Shown piece after piece: positions 50,561 through 63,800 of a DNA stretch of 64,000 nt. Numbering within the stretch: the first letter of the stretch is position 1; every line of letters begins with the position of its first letter. The stretch lies in contig OZ287076.1 in the NCBI GenBank assembly GCA_965645245.1, positions 1,674,001 through 1,738,000 of the forward strand. Direction: 5' to 3'. The translations under genes were made by a program, and so were the position numbers. Source of the stretch: Massalongia carnosa (lineage: Eukaryota). Under the pieces are notes generated by a model that saw only the letters and a list, made by a program, of their open reading frames with translations, was not told the DNA's origin and did no database searches.

Positions 50561-52182
50561 TTATTTATTCAATGACTGGATGATCGCAGGTAGAACCTGC
50601 GTTTCTGTGAAGTTCCAGATTAAAGATGAGTCCTGTGTCATCCACGAGGCCCCGGTCCAAAAGGTGTTTTGTTGGCCTTGAAGTCCGTACAAGTCCCTGT
50701 AGAATCCCTTCTTGATGTCCTCCGCCGCTACAAAGGTCCGGAAAGGGGCGTGGTTAGTGAAGAACAGAAACTCGGGAGTGTCCGCAGGAAAGACCCCATT
50801 CGCCTGGAGAGTATTGATCTGTTTAATAATCATTTGCTGCGCAGCCTGACTTGAAACTGTGGGGTCTAAAGTGCCAAAGTAGACTGCGTGTTTATGTAGC
50901 AAGCCAGTAGGTTGTATAGTGAATATACCGGGCAGAACCTGGAGATTGAACGGAGTGTGTGTTCCGATGTTCGTATAGAATTCGGTGTCGTTAATTCCAG
51001 AATGCGTGAAGATTCCACCATAGTAGCCCCTAGCTAGGAACTTCCCAAAGATTGACGTCTCCCTGCTGCTCAAATCAAAGGCATGAAGTAGGTCTAGAAT
51101 AGGCGGTATTGCGACAATCAAACGCTTGGCCCGCACCAGTTTCTTGCCAGTAGGAGTTTGAACGACAAGGCTTACTCCATCACACTCACTTCGATCTAAC
51201 TGCGTAACTTCCGAGCTATACAACACATCTTGCCCGAGTACAGCTGCAGCGCTTGTATACAGATCTTGAGTGTCGCCGCTCGCCGTTGTAAGGAACCCAT
51301 TCAGCGCTGATTGCGCAAGAGTGATATCACAAGCCTTGAGAATCTGCACCGTTGGGACTTCCCAGATATTGCCACTGTTTTGAAGGAGCTGGTTGAAAAT
51401 TTGTACTGCCGCTTGGAGCCCATGCCTCGTGACAAACTCGCCAAAGGGGATCAGGAGCTCCTCCGGAACGGGATCGGGGAGAAAGTAGCCGGCTTGCAAG
51501 TACGAGTAATTCGTTGCGAGGATGTCGATGTAGGCAAGGAGAGCAGCACTAACAGCAGCTTGAGAAGCGGGAATGTATTCAGGCACCGCCAATCCTGTGT
51601 CGAAGTCGAATAACAGCGTTGGATAGTTGTACGGGCCAGGGTTTGTTAATGGGACATTGAGCCGAGCGAAGTAATCTTTCACGAGGGAAGTATTATGGAA
51701 ATCCACAACCCCGACATTCATATGGACTCCTGTATCCTTATCGACTAGGAGCATGCCACAGCCGTTGATTAGCGATGATGGTTCAAAAATTTAGGGCAGA
51801 GGACTATCCGAGGATGATGTCTCAGATTAGACAGCTGTAACGACGACTATGAGAGACTTCAAGTCCGAAGAATCTAGCATCTTCGCCTCTACTGCTTCTG
51901 AACCCAAAACATCGTCTCGCATTATGGGTAGTACTCACTGTATGTATCGGTGTGCCCACCAAGTATAACGTCTTTCTCAATCACAACGACACTTTTACCC
52001 TTGTCCTTGAGTCTCACCGCAGAGTATGTGCCTGCAGAACCCCCACCAATAATAGCGACGTCTCGTTCAATGATATCGGCAGACGCATAACTTTGAGAAG
52101 TAGTGGCATTTTGTGGTTGGAGAGCCGCCAAAGCTCCCCTACTGAGTACAGCCAAGAAGCCAGATACCACAAAACGTTTCAT
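50561..52182 (-). CDS. Secreted FAD-dependent oxidoreductase (flavin amine oxidase / beta-cyclopiazonate dehydrogenase-like); intron 51745-51938
   Basis: Signal peptide; [11 protein letters not shown] (GxGxxG); [17 protein letters not shown]-terminal [20 protein letters not shown]. Confidence 0.9.
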
Positions 52183-52619
52183 ATTGAACAGCGCACAGGA
52201 GAATGATTAAAGCAGTAGATTTTTGGTGGAGGTCGGTCTTGGGTCAAGATGAATGGTAGGACAAAATTGGTACGATTACGGGTATTTTATTTCTTTTGAG
52301 AGACAGAGATAGAGAGAGGAAGACAGGAAAAGAAGTGGAAAAGAGTTTATGCATACAAGCTGTAAAGTTTTCTGGGGCATATAGTAAGCCTGCCACCGCC
52401 ATCTCCGTTGTATTGTGACTTGCCGTGCTTCATCATCATCGGAAGGTGATAAAAGAAGTCGGTCCAATAACTATATCTCGCTAAAGAGAGGGATGTTGGT
52501 CTTGAGTCATAGAAGGATCAGAGTATTTTTTTAATAGTTTATCATTCGCGAGGTATATTCCGTCTTACAACAAGGGAGGATTTTAACTCCCGATATTTAT
52601 AGTATTATAACTACGAAGC

Positions 52620-53040
52620 GGCTCGGGTGGCTGTAATATTACAGCAAGTACTATGCGCTTTTAGCTAGCCCTGAGCTGTCTGAGCTGTCTGAGCTGTCTG
52701 AGCTGTCTGAGCTGTCTGAGCTGTCTGAAAAATGAGAATTTTGATGTTCTTACATGCGCACGAACAGTTACACTTCATCAAATTGTATGTCGTTCAACGA
52801 ACATCAACTTAATTTAAATTATAGTTTCATTTCGATTGATTCACGCAAATCATGACATGTAATGCGCGATAACCATGCGCAATGTGCATACAACGTGTGT
52901 ATGCATGCAAACATAAATTTCTGCAGTCAGCTCGGTACTACTAAGAGTTGCTCGACGCACTTAAGAGGTGCTAAAATAGCTCATGAGTTAAGACATGTGC
53001 ATAATCGGCCGCTGAGTCAATCGGAGCTCTCGAGGCTGAC
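52620..53040 (+). repeat. Diverged ~400-bp repeat, left copy, including (CTGAGCTGT)6
   Basis: Reverse-complement similarity to 57148-57520 over its length, e.g. gctcgacgcactt.aga.gtgctaaaatagctcatga and ccgctgagtcaatcgg.gct. Confidence 0.8.
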
Positions 53041-54154
53041 GTATTATCACAGTATGATAGATCTTGTATGAACCGTCAGTTCGAATTTCACTGTAGACGA
53101 AGACTCTTATCTGTGTTTGTGTGGATAGAAAGCAATCGAAGAATCTTGAAAAAGTCGCTAAGAGACGAGTCTTGAAAATTCCAAAAAACGAGCGTACGAA
53201 TCAGCATGCGGGCTACTATTGGAGCAACCTTAATCTAGGAGTAGTGTAAGATCTACATTACCTTTCGGACCTTGCAGGGTCTGGCCCGTCTAGCCGTCGC
53301 ATGGTCTTTAGTACTTAAGTCATCTTAGGGTGGCGCTATGGGCGCATGCAGGACTTACCGCTAATGAAATCCTCTGAACGGATGACTAAGGACGGCCATT
53401 TGAGCGAGAGCGGTGTGACGTTACATAACGCCTAAGCAGGTACAGTGACGTATCACAGGAGAACTACCATAAAAGGTTAATACTATTAATTAAACTATTA
53501 TACGAAATGAAGAGTTTAAATACTTGACAATTAACAGATATTTTTATAACTGTATTATCGAATTTAATGAAAATGAACTTATTCGTGGTATTAAACTATT
53601 TTTCTAAGGAATTGACATTGTTAATATTATCAATATTAAAACTACAACGAAAGATAGATAAGATATGGAATAAATACACAGTCGAGGTAAGGCAATGGTT
53701 TGGTGACATTCCTCCTCATCCGCGTGCAATTTACGTCTAGACAAATCAACACTTGAGGCTTAAGTAAGCCTTAGAGAGTCAAGGGCGAGTGAAGGTTTTA
53801 GTGAGACAACTAAGAGTTAGTTGCCCGAGAAGAGAGCTTTGAATGGTGGAAGCGAGGTGAACCCTTCACACGGAGCAGAAGATCGCCTTGGAGTTTCACG
53901 ATGCTTTCGTTACCCAGGTCTACAACTACCTCTCCCTCGGCAACCCTTATTTGATAGAGATATCACACAGAAACTTCCCTCTGTAACATAGATTAAAGAG
54001 TCAGACCAGCAGGAAACCGATCGGGATAAGCGAAAGTCTTGATAGGAAAATCTTGTACTTCAAAGGCAGTGCTGATCCGTGAGCAAGCCATAAACTTAAA
54101 GTAAAGAAATGCCTTATATACATGACTCCAACTCTAAAGCGCATCATTCCTTTC

Positions 54155-56021
54155 TTAGGCACCGCCTGCCATATCAAGTTTCTTGCCCTTGACACTCCTC
54201 CATTCATAAAGCAAGCTGCACAGAAATGCAATGCCTGCACAGGCAATAGCAAGAATATACGCATTCGTCACGGCGATATTGTATGCCTCCAAGACTCCAG
54301 GAAGCTGAGCAGGCGTAACGACATTTCGTATGTGTGTAGCACCAGCTTGGACGATGATCTCTGGTTTCACTCCCGGGGCATGTTTGCGAATCTCCTTAAT
54401 CAAGGTGTTGCTGAAGATATTTTGTGCGATTGAGATCGAAATGGCGCCACCCAGACTGTTGAAGAAAATAGTCGTGGAATTGCCGATCGGCATGTCCTTC
54501 TTGTTCAAAACCACCTGTACCGCAATAAAGGGAATTTGCACACACATTCCAGCGCCAAAACCAGCAAGTATTTGGTAGCCGATCCATGTGCCAGTACTCG
54601 TGTCGACTTTCAAAGTATAGATTAAACCAGAGCCAACTGTGAATATGGCACTGCCGACCCAGGTGAATGGTACATAGACGCCGAAAGCTGTGATCAAGCC
54701 TCCCACAACTATCGAAGCAATAGTCATGCTGACCAGGTAAGAGATTGTTCTGATGCCGGAGCCCTCAGCGCTTGTCCCTTTGACGGCCTGAAAGTAGAAT
54801 GGCAGATAATAAATATGTGTGTACAGTGCCATAGCAAGGAAGGAACTGAATAGGGCACATGCAAGGACAGTCCTTTGCTTGACAATAATCCGAGGCGGAA
54901 GGGTAGCAAGATCTCCGCGTCGAATTTGAATGATGATGAACACGATGATAAGAAGGCCGAACCCCAACAAACAGCCCCAAATTCTACTGTCATGCCACGG
55001 GTAGACACTGCCGCCCCATTGAAGAGCAAGCAGGAGACAGACAATAGCACAAATGAGGAAAAACGCACCAAGCAGATCGATTTGCAGGATCTTCTGCTTG
55101 AATGTGAGCTTCGATTCTTTTCGTTCGGGATTTTGGAAGAAGAAGAAAACGATAGCGATCGCAAGCGCTCCAACAGGCAAATTGATATAAAAGCACCATC
55201 GCCATGAGACTCGATCGGTGAAGGCACCACCTGGTAATAATGTTAGCCCTACGAACAAAGCATACAACACGAGAAATCCGTTTGAAATAAAGTCAATGGT
55301 CACACTTACCAAGCAAGGGTCCAACGACAGAAGCAATACCAAAGGTTGAAGAGAGAAGACCGATATAAATGGGGCGCTTTCGTAGAGGTACTGAGTAGGC
55401 GACAATGGTCATTCCGCCCGAGAACAAGGCAGCAGCGCCTATACCAGCAACTGCGCGGCCCACAATCAACATCCTAGTATTGACAGCAGCACCACAAAGG
55501 ACGGAGCCCAGTTCGAAGATGAGCAGAGCCGCGATGTAAGTCCACTTGACATTGAAGAAGGTATATATCTTGCCGAAAGATGGCTGCAATGATGTGGTCG
55601 TGAGCAAGTAAGATGATCCATACCAGCCCACATCATCCAGCGAATTGAAGACTGTCGTGATGCGAGGAATAGCCGTAGAAATGATTGTATTGTCGAGGGC
55701 GACGACGAAAGTGGCGAGGAACAGACCAAATGTAAGCAGATACAACTTAGATCCTTTCATGTATTCTGATTCATTGTCCTCGCCTGGTTCGGCTGCAGAT
55801 GATGCTGTGGCTGTTGACACTGTTCGCTCGAGAGCTTCAGCCTTTTCTGGTTGCTCCTCTGCCTGGGTTGTAGTTTGCGCCTCATTTTCCGCATTCGGTT
55901 TAGTCGCGGCAGTGGCGGTAACCGTTGATTCCTGTCTATCTTGACCTTCGAAATTTGTACTAGAACTTGAGGTTGGCGTTGCCTTTTCAAGCTCTGTCGC
56001 CTTTCTCCGTGGCAGTCCCAT
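54155..56021 (-). CDS. MFS drug:H+ antiporter (DHA2/14-TMS, AflT/efflux-pump-like); intron 55231-55309
   Basis: [65 protein letters not shown]. Confidence 0.95.
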
Positions 56022-57147
56022 GTCGCTACTACAGGCCCGATATTGCTCGTTATAAGAAGGTATGCAAGTCTTGTCGAGCACAGTAAAGTGGAAAACCGAT
56101 GAATGGCAAGATTTAAGGCAGATCTTAGCATTTTGTGGTGAATAGCGCGCTAATCCATAAGGGGAAAAAGGTTACTTTCCAACCCGTTAAACACCGCATT
56201 AGGGGAACACCTAGTCGGTTGGACGAGAGCACCACCACCATCCTTCAGACTTTTTGCTCATCCCTGTCTCGTTTCCGTCAAAACGGCTACTCTGTTCCAA
56301 CACGTTTCGAATCCCCCGACCATCCGGACGGGACTTTCCTTGCTGCCCTGCCCTCTGCTCACAAAGCAAAACAATATCTGACAGGACAAGCATGGCTTCT
56401 GACACAACTGCAAGTTACACGAAAACGTGGGCTTAGATTAACAGAGTACGGAGTACAGTAACTTATTTCCAGCTTATTCAGGGTTCCGTTTAAGGGTTTT
56501 TGGTGCTTTCTTTTATCTCGTCGGGTAAAGATACCTTTAAGCTTCCTAGTGCTTTTCCCGTCCAACTATCACATCTTTGGGTTAGAACTGCAGATCTGCT
56601 CGTTCCCACTTCCAAGGCTCTGGCTGTTGAAGGCAGTTGGTGACTGCGATTACCAGATCAGGCTAGCTTGCATTCTTAGGAGTTTAGATAAAATCTCTGC
56701 AGATAGTAAACAGAAGACCCATCCCTTTAATTATTCATATTATGCACCAAGTGATCAATTCGTTGCCTCAATATTGGCATCCGTGATCTGATGTGAGCCG
56801 ACATCGACGTTGAATCATTTTTGGGGGCCAATGATAAGCAAAAGCGCCACTACAAGAGTTAGCCACCGGCACATGGCGACTAGCCAGCAGCACATGGCGC
56901 TCCGAGTGCAACCTAGTTAAAAACTTAGCGTAAGAATACTAGTTATGGTACATTTTAGAGGCGGTTATTAGGGAGCGGCTGGTAATTACTCAAGCTGGTA
57001 TCGTTGCCACGTTCTAATGCTCAAGGTGTCAGGAATCAACATTAAAAAGCATGAGTCATTTCCCAACTTGCAGATAGCAAAGGGATGGCGCTGGGCTTGG
57101 CCACGTTGCTGACCGGTGAGGGCTTCTACACTATAGCACTTCGGAAA

Positions 57148-57520
57148 TGTCAGCCCCGATTGACTCAGCGGACTTGAGGCCGATTCTGCACACATCATAA
57201 TTCATGAGCTATTTTAGCACTTCTGAAGTGCGTCGAGCTTCCAGAAAAGCTCCGACCGGACTGCTTAAACTTATGTCTGCATGCATGTATGCACAAGTTG
57301 TATGTAGATTGCGTGCACGTTGTATGCATATTGCGCTTATGTCGTATGATTATTGCATGTTATATGTTCTTATTTGCACGAAAATAAATTATAATTTACA
57401 TAACGCTAATTGAATGTTCGTGTGCACACGTACGAACATCAGAATTTTCACTACTCAGAAAGCTCAGACAGCTCAAACAGCTCTACCAGCGCACCAGACT
57501 TGCAGTTTGAGCCTCGAGCT
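57148..57520 (-). repeat. Diverged ~400-bp repeat, right copy (inverted)
   Basis: Reverse complement of 52620-53040. Confidence 0.8.
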
Positions 57521-57574
57521 AACTTTCAGCTAATTCTCAATTTGACGATGTAGAACCGAGTGAATGTTTTGGGG

Positions 57575-58062
57575 TTGTTTTTCAGGAACGTCAAAAGGAC
57601 CATGTTCATTCCAGGAGAAAGATCGAGAAAACATAAACAAAGAGAGTTATACTCAGCGTATCGTATCAATAACTCACGGCTGGATTCGTTTACATCCCGA
57701 GCTTTCTCTGATGTAAGACGGTGCACCTGGTCATTAAATAAAACCGATATTCTAGCCAGCATACTCTCCTAGTTTGATCCAATTGAGGCTATATGGAACC
57801 ACATGAAGGATCTGAGTCAGGAAAATTACGGAGAGAATCTACCGTATAATCAGTTAAAACAAGCTTTTCAAGAGGCGTGGGATCAGGTCTCTCCATGGTT
57901 TCTAGATAAAGTGTTGAATTCTGTGAAGGAACGTTACCAAGCAGTGATTGTTGCGAACGGGTTGCATACTAGCTATTAAAATAGTAGACAGTTAAAATGT
58001 AGAGAAACTAAGCTATTTTACAAATGAAAGACATAGTTTCTCACCTGGTAGCTTAGCACCCT
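57575..58062 (+). pseudogene. Tc1/mariner DDE_3 transposase 3' fragment with probable right TIR
   Basis: FSGTSKGP..INKESYTQRIV..LM*DGAPGH..AYSPSL.PIEAIWNHMK..EAWDQ..AVIVANGLHT; ends ...agcttagcacccTA. Confidence 0.8.
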
Positions 58063-58447
58063 AACATTTAATCTGTTCAGGGGGTGTAATCCTTCTTCAA
58101 GAGCTCAACCTCTAAGACTCCTTGATTACTGCATATCAGAATGTTGGTCAGCGCCAATAGCTCGGATATGAGTCTCTGTTGCGTTTCCTAATGTTTATTC
58201 ACGGCATGATGGCTTTTGGCTGTGCCACCATCACGGCCCCTTTCGCTCACCAATCGTATCCGCCTCTCCAACACGACCCGGCACTCCTGGACGACTTCTT
58301 GAAAAGCACAAATAGTTGCCTAGTAACCACGTTGAGCTCCATATCTTCCAGTTAACTTTCCATCTTCACACAATCATCTTGCTCATATTCGTAAGTTGAG
58401 CCTTGCCGAACTTGGCCACCGTACTGACGCTGGTTAGAACACCCACC

Positions 58448-60130
58448 ATGACTCCTGACGCCCTCCATGAATTCATGGCGGACATGAGCCCATCGATCGT
58501 TGTGACCGCCGCCGTCGGCCTGCTCATGCTCTTGGGTTTTCTTACGTTCAAGTCGGTATCTTTTGACAGTGTCCTTCCTGGGGTCCCTGAACTCAAAGGC
58601 GTTCCCATTTTGGGAGCCATGCCTATATACCTCAAGCATGGAATGCCTCAGCTTCTCGGCAAACTCATTGCCATTGGCAACAATGGCATCTCATACGCCA
58701 ATGTCGTCAACAATGTCCTAGTTTCGGTTCACGATCCCGCCATGGTTCGAGAAGTCCTGGCATATCCCGAAGAAATCGCATCCAGGTAAGGAATTTTCTT
58801 CACTGATTCATATCTGGAGGGTGTACAGCTTGCGCTAACTGTGTTTAGGGAGGGTGATCCCGGACGTATGAGTTGGTCTCCTTTCTGGACTCTTCGGAGA
58901 CTGATTGGCCACTCTCTCTTCAATGACGTCGGCCCTAATACAAGCCACCATCGCAACGTGTTTATTCGTGAATTCAATAGCACGAAGTCGAATTCCGAAA
59001 AGTTTGATACCATCGCAAAGATTGCCACAGTGCACGCCAACGCCTTGACCGGTGAGAGTTCGACAGCTGAGGTTGATGATATCAGATACTCCGCGGACAA
59101 CTTCGCCATTGCACTCTGGGGTGAGACTCTTTACGGAAACCCCAATCACCACGTCGGCGGACGTGTGTTGAGCCTGTCTGAAACGATCATCAACTTAGCC
59201 GGCAACCCTTGGCCATCTGTTTGGTATTCCTTCCTGCTGTTTTTAAAGCTTGTAAATCCAGGTGATCCGACCCGCTCAGAAGCCAAGCTCCGGGCAAAAG
59301 TGGCTGAGGTTGTCAAAAAAAACATCGGAAAACTCGAAGAATACGAGCACAACAACCCAGATGCTCCCCTAAAGACCATCCGGAACCTCTCCGTCAACAC
59401 CGGCGGTGGGAGAACCGGCCCTCTGTCCAAATTCGCCTTCGAATTTACCAACCTCAACCTTTTCGGTTTGTTTCTTTCACTCTTAAAGGAACTCAATCTA
59501 ACGGGCCTCAGGTGGTCATCACAGCATCGGGTTGAATGTTACTTGGTCATTGATCGAGCTCGACAAGCATCCCGAGTGCCTGGTGAAGCTTATGGCCGAA
59601 ATCAACTCTGTCGACACCACTGATTTTACTAACGTCAATTCAAAGATGCCGTATCTCGATGCGGTGATTATGGAAATCAATAGATTGCATCCAACGGTCC
59701 ATGCCACCCTCAGAGTCATCAATCGCGAAATCACGCTCGCCTCCAGCAAGAAGCCCGTTATTCTGAAGCCTGGCATGTTGATTTACCTTTCTTATTTGCA
59801 TTTACACACTTCGCCGAAATTCTGGGGCCCCGATGCAGGTGTATTCGTTCCGGAAAGGTTCCTTGGTGGATACAATAAGGACCAGCCTTTCATGTCATTC
59901 GGATACGGACCACGCAACTGTGTAAGTCTTCCTGGTCCTCCCGACGAAAGAAAAGAAGCTAATATCATCAGGTTGGATACAAATTCGCCACTCTTGCAGC
60001 CAAACTGTATCTTATAACGCTACTTCAGACGTACCAAGTGGACGTCAAGGACCATGACCACGAGATGAAACTCGGCACACTGCTTGAAACCACGAAACCA
60101 GTGGCCGTCAAGGTCTCCCGCCGGTCTTAA
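58448..60130 (+). CDS. Cytochrome P450; 4 exons (about 58448-58785, 58850-59466, 59511-59921, 59972-60130)
   Basis: N-terminal TM plus LPGVP; ExxR (EINR); PERF; heme motif FGYGPRNC|VG; GT-AG introns. Confidence 0.93.
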
Positions 60131-60574
60131 ATGACTTCCAGGTAATCTTCCGTGAAATTAGAACCCGTGGATCATGGCTGAAACGCCCCAGATCGGCCAT
60201 ACGGAGGTTTTTTTAAGAATACATGTCTGCCCGCCGGTGGCGCTGTTACATGTCTTCTGTGTGCGTGCTAGATGTCATTAGATTCGAACCATAAATGCTC
60301 TGGACTTGAAGCTTTGAGGACTAGGTCGTTTGGATTTCATTTCGGACAGAGGGACACTCATTACCCTTTGTATGTAGAGAATGGATGGCTTTAGGAAAAG
60401 ATTCGCTCACCTAGACTCCCGTGCATAGTGACTCCAAGTAAAGGGTGCATTTTGATATTGGCAACTGCGCTCTATGCACGGAATGAGGTTCTGATGATTG
60501 ACAAGCTCCCGAGGTCGGCTAATGATGGCTTCAAATACCATGTCATCAACATTGGCAGCTTACCTTCTCACTAA

Positions 60575-60823
60575 TAACTGCTTCTCAGCGCCGTAATATC
60601 CTGCACTTCCGTCTCCAGCATAACAAGGGTGTTCGCCATTGGGATCGGTGCCTGGCTTGTAGAAGGGAACTGTGTGGATGTCTATGATATGGAGGAATCT
60701 GCCTTGAAGTTTTCTAGACTGTCCTTTCTCAATACTAGCATCAAGAGAGTTAAGAATATGTTGGCTGTCAGCTTGTCTCTCTGCCAGCACTGCAGCAGCG
60801 AATCTGAAAGCTGAGAATAGCAT
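60575..60823 (-). pseudogene. N-terminal fragment of an endopolyphosphatase (PPN1-like metallophosphoesterase)
   Basis: RKLQGRFLHIIDIH..PFYKPG...C..GDGSAGYYGAE, then similarity is lost; no downstream GDxxxH or GNHD motifs. Confidence 0.65.
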
Positions 60824-63800
60824 TAAGCCGCTTCGAAATCCGATTATGGTGCATTAACTGACCAGGGCAGCAGTGAGGACTAACATAGTTAATGTGCAAT
60901 GTGGAAATCGGCCAATGGGTGAGTGTCGAGCATTTTTTTACGAGGCAGTGGCAGTTCGGAAACACTGCTGCCTTTCTTAGAGCGCCGCAGCATCATTATT
61001 CGGAGCTAATAGATTTCTATATCGATCACAACCTTCTCTCTTCTTCTCTGCTAGCTTTAAATTGCCATATCTCAAATGAAAAGGGATGCTGCATAGTCGT
61101 TGTTTATGTTTTCAAAGCACGCTGTCAACGATTGCGAAGTTAGTTGTTTCATCGCTTGTTAAAGTGAGAAGCCTAATTGAAAGTGTGACTGCCACGCCGT
61201 GACAAATGGTTAGCTCATTGGCCGCGTGCTCAAGCATCGTGCTTTCTCTCCGCTAATGCTTTTAGTTTCAGGTCACTACTTCTGCCGCATTCTGTGATTG
61301 ATGCAATGGTGACGGCGGCCGCTATAACAACCTTCAGCAGAGCGCCAAAAGTCTAACCGATTTCAACCCAAGGCCTAATCATCTGACGCCGTTGAATGAG
61401 AGAAGGGAGTTATCGAGGCAGAGGTGTATAAAGATGCAAGCCTTCCCGAGCAAATGCCACAGCCTGCAATTGTTCAATGTGTCTCTATCATTGTTACTGT
61501 CAGCTCTACACATTTCACATCAGTCAACATTGCTCCATTAGCGTGGTTACCACAATGAGTGGCCTTCATGAAAGACTTAGTCCCATACATATCGCCAAGC
61601 ACCACGGTTGAATACTGAGACAACATTAATAGTGTCCTTGTTGCCACTGATATGAACCAGCTTCTGTCCGCCGCGACTGAAGGTTTGGACTCTATAATTA
61701 ATGTTAAGGTGAGACGTCATGATGTTTGGCGAGACATCGTATTTGTTGAATATAATATCAAAGAAAAGCCTTAGAGAATAAGAAGAATATTGACTAAATT
61801 CTACCGGCACGGTGACGAGGAACTCGCATTCATTTAGATCCATTGGCACTATCTAGATGAGCACAAGGCAGGACGAAGCCATTCGCTGGAGTGGTGGTAC
61901 CATAATAAGGCACATTATGAAGATGAAGAGAAGGTATGGATTTGAGGCTGGATCACCGCTAATTAGTAAGTACCCGATAATAGCTCCAATGTTATTTGAG
62001 TCGTTTTACCGTAGTAATTTTAGCGTGTTGCAAATGGGGGTCGCTGCAGAAGGTTCAGACTTTAATGCCATCGGCTTGGCACACGCTAGCCTTCATGGTG
62101 TCAGAACGTAAACTGACACGGCTGACAAAAAATCAGCTGGGGACATCCTCATGTTATCAGAAGCGCATTTACCCTTGGGACCCCATCATCGACGACGGCT
62201 CTCTGAGCTGCCGCCATCGTAGATCCTTCAGCTCCATCGTCGACCACAACGTCTTCAAGAGCTGAATTTCTGATACTCAGGGTCGTCTTATACAGTGATC
62301 GTTACTCCAATAGTGCGGGTGAAGAGAAGATAGAAAAGAAACATCATCGATGCGTACATTTTCGCTAGAAGACCAATAACTTTACGTTCTTGAAGGATTA
62401 CCGAGTAGAGATGTCTTATTTTCTTGAGAGGATTCTCTTCTACCTGTTACTCTTTACGCCATCGGCGAGATGCCGTTCTACCGCATATCGAGGCGTAGCT
62501 CGAATCCCAAACCAACGGCATCCAATTAGCAACTGGCACTCGTACCAAAGAACACTCGTTTATGCATTGAATATATTCACTTCGGTATTCAGAAGTATTG
62601 TCCGGATACCCTCCCCTTTCTCTCTGAAACTCTTCGGCATTGGCCCAATCCCAACTCTGTAGAACCCTGGATCGTCTAAATTAGTCTTTTTCCGAAAAAT
62701 CGGGAATTAAGACTCGTTCCCAAACTGCCTTGATACCTAAGTACATAGCTAGATATACCTAGCACTAGGTATGAAGCCTTCTTCTTTCTTGAAACTTTGG
62801 ACCAAAACTGCCGTAGTTAACTACCTAGTTGATGTGCCACTGGCTGAGAAGAGTCCCAGAACCGGGAGTTTGCCGCCTTTAGCATTGAAAAGCTGAAAAG
62901 CGCCTCCTCCTTCTTCTTCTTTTTCAGACCCCCCTCCCTCAAAACATGCGAGCGCATTACGCTATTCTATTTGATTAATATCATAGCCGCGAGTTTTTTT
63001 TAAAAAAAAAAGACAAAAAAGAAACCCCCTCCTTATTTCCATGCTCTATCGTTTCTTCAGTGTGTACAACCAGCCCGATTTTCGTATCAACATATACCCA
63101 TACATCCATACACACATAAACACTTACTCCTATATGAATATTTTCTCCTCCACTGCTATCCCTTACAAAGACCAAGACACCAAAAAAACCCCTCCTCTTC
63201 CCTTCCCCTTCCCCTTCCATATCGAATCGAGTCCCCTCAAGCCCATAACTACCTACCTATTCATTCACTTACCCATCCTTTAATCCTGGAGAAGTGCGCG
63301 TCGGAGAATCCTTCTTCCGGAGAAGGTCTGCTCTTAGAGTAGTAGGAGGAATAGCTTTCGTTGGAAGGGGATAGCTATGAATATTTTTCTAAGGCCCCGC
63401 AGCTTTTTACACATTGTCTACCATTGTCACCACCACCACCACAATTCCTCTCCTTGCAGTATTTCCTTTTCCTTTTCCGTTTCCGTTTCCCTTTCTTTTC
63501 TATTACCTAGAAATCGTTGCCTAAGTAATAAACATGAACCTGAAATAGAGTTTTGTGTTTTCGATTAGGGCGCAAAGATAGCCTCGGAAATCGAGTGGTA
63601 GAAATAAATCGTTAACGTTGAGGGAAGATAGATAGTGTTCGGAGAAATTAAATAAGACGAAGAGAGACAAGAAATACATAATATTAATTGTCGTTTGATC
63701 TTCTTCTTCTCGTTTGCATCATTGTCGGTTTGAAATCTGGTGTTGGGAGTGTATACTCGGGAGCATCCAATAAGAATATAACAAACTGGGCTGATCGCTT

